Shown here: one piece after another, positions 39,797 through 52,100 of the stretch
Layout: each line of letters opens with the position of its first letter
Numbering within the stretch: the stretch's first letter is position 1
DNA from: Callorhinchus milii
Lineage: Eukaryota
Reading direction: 5' to 3'
Length of the DNA stretch: 64,000 nt
Assembly: GCF_018977255.1 (NCBI RefSeq)
Contig: NW_024704743.1
Span: 53,136,001-53,200,000, forward strand
The notes under the pieces: model-generated
Told to the model about the DNA's origin: nothing
Database searches by the model: none
What the model saw: the letters and a program-made list of their open reading frames with translations, nothing else
Made by a program: the position numbers and the translations under genes

Positions 39797-39802
39797 TTTA
39801 TT
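39797..39802 (-). terminator. STK31 polyadenylation signal AATAAA
   Basis: AATAAA ~140 nt after the stop, followed by a GT/T-rich downstream element (gtgtgatgtgtattattttt). Confidence 0.7.
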
Positions 39803-39943
39803 GGAGGAATTGTTTTCCATGAACTCTGCTCACCACTGAAGTGGCTATATGAGGCTGTATCTCCCTCCCAATAGCCATTCTGTCGAGGTCCCCAACAATT
39901 TTAGAAGAATCAAACCTCAGGCAGTGCCCATTATAAGAGGTGT

Positions 39944-40150
39944 CTACACCTCAATCTCTCTTCGAAACCCTGATTCACTTTCCTCTGTGAGAACGCTGGC
40001 CAAGATGGCTTCTTCTAATACACAACCTGTCCCCTCATCAGAAGTTTCAGTCGCTGAAAAATAAGGGTCTTTTAGCACCTCGTCCACTCTCAGTCTGTCA
40101 TGTGGATTGAAACGGATCAACTTCGATACAAGGCTCTCAAGTTTACAATC
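39944..40150 (-). CDS. STK31: STK31 last coding exon (DCKLESLVSKLIRFNPHDRL...RREIEV*)
   Basis: aaaaag acceptor after a T-rich tract; kinase subdomain XI-like PHDRL.V.EVL.DPYF; TAG at 39944-39946. Confidence 0.9.
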   Translation of the reverse strand, partial: DCKLESLVSKLIRFNPHDRLRVDEVLKDPYFSATETSDEGTGCVLEEAILASVLTEESESGFRREIEV

Positions 40151-43100
40151 CTTTTTTAAAAAAAAAAGAAAACCATTACTTCATGGTGCAAAACAAAAGT
40201 TTAAAAAAAAACTTTGTAGAGAACTCCAAGATAGACCGTTAGGTCAGTTATATTAATCACGTTTCCTCACTTTAGTCTTATAATTGTAATCCTTGCCATT
40301 AATGTAACACCTTTCACATCAGAAGAAAGTTTCAAAGCACACTACGAAGTGTAGTGATCGTGTACTTTGTAGGTAAACATGGCACCCTGTTTGTACATAG
40401 CAATGTTCCACAAACAGCCATGAAGTAAATGACTAATTTTATCTTGAGCAATTTTCAATCAGGAGAAACTCCCTCTTTTCAAATAGTGCAACAGGATCTT
40501 TATTGGTCATCTGGACAGGCAAACGAGACATCAGTTTAACATCTTATCCAAAGGACAGCACCTTCAATATTGCAGCATTCCCCTGCACTGTACTGGACTA
40601 TCAACCTAGACTGTGAGATCAAAGTTCACAAACTTGGTTTGTCTGAAGAAAGCCCATCTGATCTCAGCCCTCCAGCACACCCACTCAGCTAACCGCCATA
40701 CAGCCTCAAACTGCTTTTTAAAATGGCCCCAGCCACCCTTTCTAGCATGTTCCAGTCATTAATTACCCTGTAGGTAAAGAAAAAACCTGCTCTCTGTCCT
40801 GAAATTGCCTTTGCAACTCTAAACTTATGTCCTCGTGTTTTGTCATGGTGCATCGTAAAGTATTGTTCTGGGTTTATTTTTTCAATGCTTTTTTCTTTAC
40901 ACATATCTACGAGGTCTCCTCTGAGTAATCTTCTCTCAAGACTGAAGAAGAGCCCAAACTTGTCCAATTGCTGCTCATAGCTTATTCCTAACAATACAGA
41001 CCATCACTGCTTCCCTCTGCACTACCTCTAGGCCTGGTGTCACGGTGATCTGTATGTAGTACTCCAGGTGCAGCTTGGCAGAGCCCCAATTCAGAGGCAA
41101 GAGGACTGTCAACTGAGCCAGTCTGACAGGCTGGAAAAGCAGCTGCTTCACATGTTGTTAAATGTGGATTGCCCACCAGAAATGAAAATAAAGAATTGTT
41201 GAGGCAGTGTCTATAAAAGCATTTAAAAAGGATGTGGATACATATTTTAAAAGAAGAAATTAAAGGATATAGAAAAAGAGCAGAGAAAATGGGATTAGAG
41301 TAGACAAGAGTTGATCTAGTGGAGAACCGGCTTAAGCACACAGAAAAAATCTGAGCAAATTCTGTGCTACATACTTTGGAGTCTAGCATGAATAGAAAAA
41401 CAAAAAACAAGAAGGTTAATCCCAGGAATCACAATATAAATTAGAAATGGAATGGATTTTTTTCTCATAACCCCCCCCCCCACCACCACCTCTTCTATTG
41501 CGTATACCCCTCAAAAATTTCTTCATCAAATAGATACCTAATTTGTCAAAGATTAATTAATAATAAGACTTCACCAACTAAGTACTCCAGATACAGGGAA
41601 ATTTCCAAGTGTTGGTGACATATGTGGAATTCTCAGTCTGGTTTGGTTACTCGGCTATGCTTTCAGCCTCCAGATCCTGAAACTTTGGAACTCTCTCCCT
41701 CAATCCATCTGCCTTGCCCCCCTCCATCCAGTTTATCAGGTCGTGCCTGAAGACCTTCTTCGACCATGCTCATGGTCACCTCCTCACTTCCCCCAGCTCG
41801 TGTCAGGCTCTGCCACTGTTAAACATTTCAAGACGCTAACCCACTTGAAGAGTGTTAAATAAATGCAAGTTATTGTTGGTACTCTTATCCTCGATGATGG
41901 GTTTTACACATTTGTCAGACACCCAGCTGACTAAACAAAAGTATATGAACTTACCATGTTAAGGCCACTAAACTGAGGAGTTCCATCAACCTCTACTGTG
42001 AAGCTATGCACAGGGAAGTTAAGCTATAAAAATAAAAATAGAGAAAACATTTTCAAGCCTAAGAACTTTGAAGCCCTGGTAATGCATTTAGTTCTACTTA
42101 AAAATGAGCATACCCACAGAAGCAAGCATCCATAAGCAAAAACATCAGCTGCAGGGAGAGCAGATTGGTCACCTCTGGTTTCTGGAGCTATAAGTTTCAA
42201 AGTATCAGCTATCATCCAGCTGACAATATTACGCTGCTCCTAGACGCACACAAAATAAAGTGTTACGCTTGTTCATTACAGGCAACTCACTGAGTATTGT
42301 CTCTTTAATGCATGGCGTGCAGTTTAGAGCATTTTTATAAAACCATAGTCACACAGTTCACATTGGCAAATCAACCAATCAATTGGATTTTCAAGTGTCA
42401 CCTGAAAGAAGCTCAATTGGTCATTCCTGAATTGGCATCACCTTAACAAATCCCACCTGAGGCTTGTTAGGCCATATTCAAAAAGTGGTGAGGACCACAT
42501 GTGTTATCGATAGGTCCACTGCAGCAACACACAACACGTGTTAATTAAGTGGATTGTACTCAGAGCAATTAACCACTTATACACTTTTCAGAGCTTTTGC
42601 TTCAAAGCACCTAAAACAATGCATGGAAATTACAGGTTCACTTATATTTAAACCTCAATTTAGACCCTTAAGATTTTTCATACTTCCATGTAATTTCAGG
42701 CATTGGATTACAGACCATACAGAGTGCAGCAATATAAATGGGTAAGTGGACTCAAGTTCCTGAATTCTTGATGACATGGTAGCCAGCGTCCAACTTGCAA
42801 GACCTTGGCTCCAGAGGATCTCAGGACAGAGCTAAGGTCTTACCTGTTAGTGTAATACACTTAGTACTCTCAGTATCAAACTTTCTCCTGTGACACTTTT
42901 TTCAGTGCGAGGTGCCATTTGTACTGCTATTTTTCTGACAAGCACCTTTTTAGACCCAGGATTGTCTAAAAACACTACACAAAAGCAGATATTTTGCACC
43001 AAGTACTTACAGCAGTTTTAGTAAAATCGAAATCTCCAATAATTCCTCGCTCACGATTCACAGCAAACACGTTGTGTGGATGAAGAGAAGCATGAACTAT

Positions 43101-46100
43101 ATTTGAATTGTGAAGGGTCTGTAGACCAACTGCTACTCCGTGCATCACTTTAGCCACCTCCTTTACACAAAAAAGTGAATAAATGCAAAAAGCTCAACTT
43201 AATGAATAAGCACAAGTTATTTAAGAATTGATCAGCTTCTGTTAAAATCTTCCTCTCCCAGCATTCATATGAAGTGCTTACAGGTCTGGTGTGGAGTTAG
43301 GAATTCATCAACGTAATTTTTTGAGATGTCATTTTTGCCCTTTGTCTCTGGGGTAATTATGAATCTCTTGATACTGACTCAGTGCCTTACGCTATCACCA
43401 TAGTCACAAAGCTCAAATTCAGTGTTCTAGATCCATGTATCTCAGGACCCAACCATATTATTAACCGCAAAGCAAACCATCAAACTAGATGTTGTAATTA
43501 CATTCAATCTTGTCTCACAAAGTCTAACTCACCATTAAGGTTAAAGGATTGATGGCTTGCACAGCTTTCAAACTGCATCCTGGATAAAATGGCACCATGA
43601 TATAAATCATTGGCTCAGACTAGAGAAAGGAAACAGAATAGTAGCAAACGGTTTCAGTGGAACATATCCTCATGGACATCTCAGAAATGAGGACAACTGA
43701 CTACTGAAGCCTCTTTTTTCAAACAGCTTTATTTTTCATTTAAAAGTTTTTAATGTTTAAATTCTTTATTCAGACTTGGCATCTCCACACTTAAATGTAC
43801 GTTATCAGATTTACTAACTATGCTTTGGAAAACAGAATACACTAAACAACTAAGAAAAACTAGGCTGTCAACTCCATGGAATACTCCGGGAATCCGAGTA
43901 ACATAAGAAAACAGAAATGAGATGTCATTCAAACTATCAAACCTGTTCCACCAGTTTATTAGAATTTGGCAGGTTTTTTTAAAATCCTATTGCCCTGCTT
44001 TTTCTCCTTACCCTTTAATAATTCTGCTACCCAAGTATCTATCTCTCTTTTGAACACTCCTATTGTTTGCCATCACAATGTTGGAGGTGCTGTTTTACCA
44101 ATGTCACATCTATCTGCCTGTTCTGATGATTCAGATGTAGATTAAACATCCAATATTACATATGGTCACTGCTGCTTGACCTTTGTTGCTGTTACAGATT
44201 ACCTGCCACATTTTCCTGCTTAACAACCACAATTCATTGTGTGAAACACTTTAACAGAACTTCCTACCTCCTACATCAAATGCCAACTTCATTATTTGTC
44301 TAGTTTAATTGATGTAACACGCTTACTTTGCAAGCAAATAGGGACAGAATAGGCATGATTCCAGACCCTTCCTTTAACACAGACCAAGCCACGTGATATT
44401 TTGCAGCTCTTTCTATCATTTTAGCTTCTGTGGCAACATCGACAGAATAACCCTGTTAAAAGAACACATTAAATCACATAATTCATGATAAGTATCCAGA
44501 ATAAATCAGTGCAGTCAACATCATCCGAACAAGAACAATCAAAGTTAAGTTTCATTACTACCTTCCTAAAGTCATTTAAGGAATTGGATACAATATCAAG
44601 GGCAAAGCTACTGAATACTACGAGGAAAGGTTCTGATGGGGTAATTCCAGTACAATGGACGCCAGGTTAGTGTTGCGGTGCAATTTTTCTGGTTCCTTTA
44701 AGATATCCAATTATCAATACAAAACAAAAATCAAAGGACTTCCTCATAATGTCCTTACGTGGCTTAGTATCCTTTTCATATTACAAAGCTTCAAAACCAT
44801 TTGTTATTTTTTTAAAAAGTTGGAGCACTTGCATCTTGGGAGAGGCACAAAATTGGCAATTGAGTATTGCACCCGCTGGGAACTGTATCAAGACTGTTCA
44901 AAATCACACACTTCAACACTTACAATTCACTACATTTCATTTGAAAGATTTGTAATATAAAAACATATCTATAATCTCTACCAACTTCCTTACAAAAGCA
45001 AGTTCTGCTAAACCATTATAAGTCACTGGTTAGGCCTCAGCTGGAGTATTGTGTGCAATTCTGGGCACCACATTTCAGGAAGGCTATCAAGGCCTTGGAG
45101 AGGGTGCAGAGAAGATTTACCAGAATGGTACTAGGGATGAGGAACTTTGATTATGTGGAGAAATGAGAGAAGCTGGGATTGTTCTCCTTAGAGCAGAGAA
45201 GGATAAGGGGAGATTTAATAGAGGTGTTCAAAATTATGAGAGGTTTTGATAAGAGTAGATAGGGAGAAACTGTATCCACTGGCAGGTGGGTTGGTAACCA
45301 GGGAACATAGATTTATGATTATTGGCAAAAGAATCAGAGGGAAATTAGATGAATTTTTTAAAAAAACACAGAGCATTGTTACGGTCTGGAATGCACTGAC
45401 TGAAAGGGTGGTGGAAACAGATTCAATAACAATTTTCAAAAGGGAATTGGATAGGTACTTGAAAAGGAAAAATTTGCAAGGATATGGGAAAAGAGCAGGG
45501 GTGTGGGACAAATTGGGTAGCTCTTCCAAAGAGCTGGCACAATGAGCCAAATGGCCTCTTTCTGTACTGCAATATTCTATGATTGTAATTCTCAAAATTT
45601 GTGAGGCATTTTAAAATAAAACTAACTTTCACACTTCATATTCAACAGACACTACCTTCAGAAGGACTTTTTGGGCTTTCACTTCAGAGCACACACATGG
45701 TCTCTTGTTGCTCAGTTCTCTCATTGGTTCTGGATCAAATAAATCACGTTCTAAGCTGTTACAGAGCAGTCCAGAAGATTGCTGAAAGAAATTCAGAAAT
45801 AACATCAGAACACAAGTTGCTCTATTAAAACATTAAGTTTATATCTTTAGCCAAATCATCTGAATTCCCATTCACCCATGCATTTCAAAGACACGTTCTG
45901 CATTAAATATTCTAGATGAATGAGAATGAGCATTTCAGCTGCATTGGAAGAGAGCTAAGGATGAAGTAGGTGATATAGCAGAGGTGGAGGAAAGCAGGCC
46001 AAAGATAAATGGTTAAAAGGAGAGCTAAGAATTGAACAAATGCAAACAGAATAGTCCCAATTTTGTCAACATTTTGTTGAAAGAAATGAATGTTTATCCA

Positions 46101-49100
46101 AGGTTCGATGTTTGCCGGACAGTCTGTCAAAAAGCAGTGGTCCTGGAATCAAGAGTGAAGGCAGAAAGATAGAGTTGGCCATCTACAAATGGAAGTGGAC
46201 CCCATGCCTGCAGATTATGATACCAAAGGGCGAGCATCTAGGAAGGAAAAGAAGAGGACCAAGGATAGAGGCCCGAAAACATCACAAGTGTTCGTGCGGT
46301 GGCAGGAAGAGGTGTTATAGGAAACTTAGTGAAGATGCTTGGACAGGTAAGAGGGAAAAAGAAAGCTTTTCTTTCCTCTCCCCCTCTTTCCTTCCTTACA
46401 AGTTAAAAATTTGCACTTACTTTTACAAAAAGCCTGCGTTTAATGTTTTATATTCATGTTGCATTTTGAACCATCACTCAGTAATAAAAATAATCCTTGC
46501 ATCTGATTATGATATAGCGCCTTATCACGACTTCGAGACATGTCAAAGCGCTTCACAGAATATACTGTAAAGTGAAGTGACTGTATATTTTTGTGGCAAA
46601 AAGACAGTACATTGTTATTGCCAACAGGTGTCAATTTCAAATACATGGAAGACAGTTTTGTTGATTCAATTACAACTTCCGTTTACAAAGTTTGCTGTGA
46701 AAATTTGTGTGGCTCACAGATCCAGTTGACACTGTCACAATTTACAAATTTCAACATGAACTTGGGGAATCGGAAATTGCAAATGTTACAATTTACTAGT
46801 TTTATTCAGTGAATATTTGGTTATGCAGACATGAAATGCCTTCTTCACTTGCCCATAAATGTTCAAAAGCAACAAAAGCTCAAATTGCTTTGCAAAGAAC
46901 ATTTGGTCCAAATTGCAAAAAATAAAAGTAGCAGAAATGAAACATAGTACCAACAAAAGCATAAAAACACATCCTTTTTGAAAATACACACACACAAGCT
47001 CATTATTACCATGCAAGTTGTGATCCCTGCTTCAGGGTGGAGAAGAGGTAGTTCAGGAAACCAGTCTCGAACAACAGTGCTAAGTCTCTCCTGCAAAATA
47101 AATAGTTCTATCCATCTGCAGGATACCAAAAAGTCTTATTTACTAAATTATGGTTCCCTTAATAAGACGAAGTCTTTACACATTTTCCCTCTTAACGTAC
47201 ACATTCCTAGCAGAACACTGGCTATATCAATATATAGTTAAAAATTACTCAACTCTAGCATGTTAAGAGTGCATAGATTTGTAGAATGAATGCCATCCCG
47301 TGGGAAAAGGTGGCTGACCTCTGCTCAGTGTCTCTCTACAAGGGCAAAGTTAAGACTGAGGAGAAAAATCAATAGAAAGGAACAACTGAACTAATATCTT
47401 ACTATTGTGTTGGTCAATTGTAATCACTTGGAGAATACATAGGATGTTTCAACTTTGTGATTGTGCACGTTTCCCCTTCTCCCTTGAACCCCACCACTGT
47501 TAAGCGCTCCGAGGCACCATCCTGCGTGAACGCACTATATTAATACAAGTTGTTGTTTGAATCATTCTACTTTATCCAAATTCTACAGAAATGGTTTTCA
47601 GATGTTAATATGAAACTTGTATTCAGATTTATGACCCAAGCCGCAGTACACAGAACTCTTTTTGAAGTGTTCCTTAAACTGATTTTTTTTAAAAACCTGA
47701 CGAAATATTTGGATCTGTGAACAGAACTAATTTTATTTCCAGTTCTAAACTCACATTGAAGCAATCTGTTACCAGCTCAGTTATTCTAATTTTCACAGCC
47801 ACTGAAGAAATACACATTTTATAAGTGTGTTACTTCCCCCTCCCCACCTCACTCATGAGATTGACATTCATGTGATTGATTCACTGAAATAAAACGCATT
47901 TAATTGTAAGGTTATATCTGTGATGTTTAATGTTTTTTTAAGGCTTTTAATTAATCTCTATATATGTTTAGAATGTAACCTACCCATAATCCTTTAATAA
48001 GATTGGTTTGATTTAATAACTAGCTTAGCGGGGGTTAAAATGAGCTTTCCTGGACAGGTTGAGGTCAGCTTCTGATTATATTCCATATTTTCCTGGGAAG
48101 ATGTTCCCTCCTCTGAGATAATGAGCAGTCGGGACCTTGAGCATAGATGTAAGGACAATGGACCACAGAAAGAAAAGGCTACAGACACCTGCCTATCTCA
48201 AGGCTGAGAAACAAGCAAGCGTGGAAGGCTGTCTCTCTCTCTCTGCAAAGCAGCCTGTGAAGGGTGGGGCTATTACTCTGACAAGAGGAGATGGGAGTTA
48301 GAAACACATAAAAGATGTTGTGTAGAGCGTCAGCGGACATCCCAGTGGAATCAATGTCGATTCTACTGTATCTATGGTTTCAGTTTTAAGAGTAAGTGAA
48401 GTTATTTATATTACTTAATAAACCTTGGATTATTACATCACCGTATTGGTCATCTCCATCCAAATCTCTTCCATAATAGCTATTCCCTACCCTCTGTAAA
48501 ACAGAGACCATCTAGCCTTCATAATGCTGGAAAATTTTACAAAACAAGGACATGTTCAATAACCTTACGTATTCTTCACGTTCCCGGCAAATCTCTTGAT
48601 AAATATTATCCCTAAGTGAATGCATTTCTTCCTTCATATCCTTCATCTTTGCTGCATCACAATTGTCCAACTGCATGGAGACAAAAGTGCATCCTTACTT
48701 TAAATACAAATTGACATTCATATAGTGCCTTTCATGTCAGGAGGGCATCCCAAGACACTTGACAGTCCTGGCTTGGCATCGAAACTGGGTGGGAGGCGAG
48801 GGGAAAAATGACTGAGGGAGCACACCTACTAGGGGCAGATCTATTGAGGACAGCAATTCTTCCCATCCGGTTCCTGTTAACCCAGCAAGCCAAAGTCCTA
48901 AAGGGTAAGGGTGGTTCTAGCTGGGTAGCCTGCAAAAGAATGCTCACAATGGCAAACTATAGTTTTTGCTGGGTAAACTCCAGCAGAACCCCAACTCAAA
49001 TAATGGGGTCCCCAAGCCTGGGCTCTTACCAACCTGCATCTCATTCTCTCCAGAATTAGGTAAATAGGGTTTATCTCTCCATGGAGAGTGTACATTCCAT

Positions 49101-52100
49101 TGCAAAGAAGCAAATTTCCACACATACATATGTGGAACTCTGTCTGGTTTGCATATTCTTCAGCATGGTGATGGTCAGGCTCCGCCACCCTATCAACCTC
49201 ATCCTTACCCAACCCCACATCTGCGCCATAACCCGCTCTGCCTTCCCCCATCTCCTCAACGTTGCCCGACTCCACTGACTTCCTATCACACAGAGAATAC
49301 AGTTCAGGATCCTGGCCCTCACCTTCAAAGCCCTCCACTGTCTTGCTCCCTCCTACCTCTGCGACCCCCTAACACCCTACCATCCTGTTCACTCCCTCCG
49401 CTCAGCACGTTCCAGCCAGCTTCACGTCGACCGCTTCGCTCACCTCACTAATGGCAGGCGGTCCTTTTACCAATCTGGCCCCACCCTCTGGAACTCCATC
49501 ACGCAGTCCCTCCGCCTCACTCTCTCCCTCGCCACCTTCAAGACCCATCTCAAGACCCTCCTCTTCGACCGTGCTTTCGATCTCCCTGTTTTCCCCCCTG
49601 CCCTCACCCTCCCCGACACCCAGCTTGGGTCCATAACTCTGTCTGTTCAGCGCCTTGGGACGTCCTCCCGACGTGAAAGGCGCTTTATAAATGTAATTTT
49701 GTTGTTGTTGTCAGACACCCATTCAGCTGGCAAATTAGGATAATCTACATTAAAGATATAATCAAGGTCCTGGCAACAATCCTCCAGATACAATTAGTCA
49801 ATTCCATGACTTTTACTGGGGCACTGGTGCTAGAAAATTGGTTGCTATACTTCTACAATTACCACAATTCCAGAGAGTATGGGCAAAAAAACCTGGGAAG
49901 CCTGGCCGCTGATGGAAGGGCAGATAAGAGTAGGGAACATGATGCAAGTGGTGCTCGCTGAGCAAAGGGAGAGGCTGGATTGGTAGTGTTTGAGGATTTG
50001 CAGAGTGTTTGCAGAGGTATAGTTGTGAGAACTCTATTTCTCCTTTCCACCCCCACAAAGTAAACCATTTTGGTTCCCATCCCTATCTATTGCAGTTTTA
50101 AAATAGACCCATCAAACCAGATATTATACTCAGATTTTGTGCATACATCTTCTAGGTTACTCTTCTCAACCAATTTCCATCTCAACTGGGCTTTCAGATT
50201 CTTCACCGACTTTTTGATTGACAGAAGATCCACAACACTGGGACAAATATTCAGCCACTGCCCAACTTGCTCTTTAAACTGTGGACACAGAGAATGAGAG
50301 GGGAAAAAAAACTGAACCCTCTTTGGTGTGCAAGATTTAAATTTGTGATATCAAAATGAAATTCAAAGTCAGTGAATGGAATTTTTTTTATTATTACCAA
50401 ATTAGACCAAATACATTCTACTTAGTGAAGGGGGTTTGCCCCTCAGACAAGTCCCAATCGCCCCCCAAAACTTTCAAAGGACAATGTGGACCTGAAACCT
50501 GTCTTCACGACCACCCAAGCAAGTCAGGTGACCGGATGGCCTCTCCTGCAGGCCCAGCGCAGCCTGAGCCTACTGACCAAGTGCTCAAGGAAGATCCGAA
50601 TTCAAGTATTCTCTGCTTCCTCTTCGTCGGCCTTTTGGATCAAGTGTAGACTGTGTTCTGAACAGTTGCTTCTGGAGCTGGTTTTGCTGGGGAAGCTCAT
50701 CTCCTGTTGAGATTTCCATAACATGGGAAGATTGAGCTCCCAGCTGCAGCGATTCTGTCAACCCTATATTGGTTGGGATCGGTATTGCAGTACTTCCGAT
50801 CTAAGGAGTTTGATCTGCTCTCACAAACCAAAGGCCAAGAAGCGATCCTAAACTGAGCCAATAAAAATCTGGTTACCTCAATGCTGGCTGCATATTTATC
50901 CTGTACGACTGAAAGGAGATTCTGCTCCTCTTGGATCTTGTGCATCACTGTGCTGAAGGTACTATGCATTATCTTGGCATCAGCTTCACCTTGTGGCTTA
51001 AAAAATAATTAGGTTTACATCATAAAATCATCCTAGAATAACCACAATTTCCGTTTTCTCACACAAAAAAATCACATCTGAAAATCAAGTTGATACATCT
51101 ATTCAAATGCGCAAGAGAGAATTATTTGAATAATTTTAGGTGGGTCATTTACAAGAACATTACAGCTACATTTCTTGCACAATCTTTCAAGGTGTTGGGA
51201 CGCTGTGCTTTCACATCCGGAATTCCTGAGTCACAATTTATCTCACAATAAACTGAAGAGTTGAAAGTTTCTCCCATGTTTGAGCAGGAGTCTCAACCCA
51301 TTTCGAGAAAGTGTGCTACATATACCTAACCTGACCTGAGAGATTACTGAACTTTAAGAATATTCCCTTGAGGGAGACAGTGCGCATTCCATTCCAGACA
51401 CAGGAAAATTTCCATGCGTAGGTGGTATACATATGTATAACTCTGTCTCATTTGGATACTCTTGAGCATGGTATCCACATGCGTCAAACATTTGGCTGAC
51501 CAAAAAAGCTCATTAAAAAACAAGCTTGATACTGTGATGGGTGAACACTGGGATGGCTATTCTGGAAGGATTAGATCAAGAGATTCAATGTGCCATTGAA
51601 TAAAACTGACCCTTGTGTAGAGGATAAGATGAAGAATGTAGAAATTGAAACAGATTCAGAAAGTAAAAACCAAATAAAACATTGTCGGAGGTGCTGTCCT
51701 TCACATGTGACTTAAACTGAGGTTCTATCTGCCTGTTCAGGTGGACGTTAAAGATCCCATGGCACTATTCGAAAAGAAGTGAGATTCGTCCCAATGTCCC
51801 GCCAAAAATCCACCAAATACAATTGGTCACCGACTCCATGGCTGTTTGTGGGACACTGTTGTGACCAAATGGCTGCTGCGTTTCACCCACAAAAATACAC
51901 AGTGCATCCACTTTAGTGAAGCACTTTGAGACGTCTTAACGACATGATAAGGCGCTACATCAAATGCAAGTATTATTATATTATTAACTACTGAGGAAAA
52001 GGTGTTAATTATTCACATGGTCAACAGGTTAATTAAAATTAAATTAAAGTTAAAATCGAGAAAATTGGTAAAAGTAAACAGATACTTACAGAAGTTGAAA

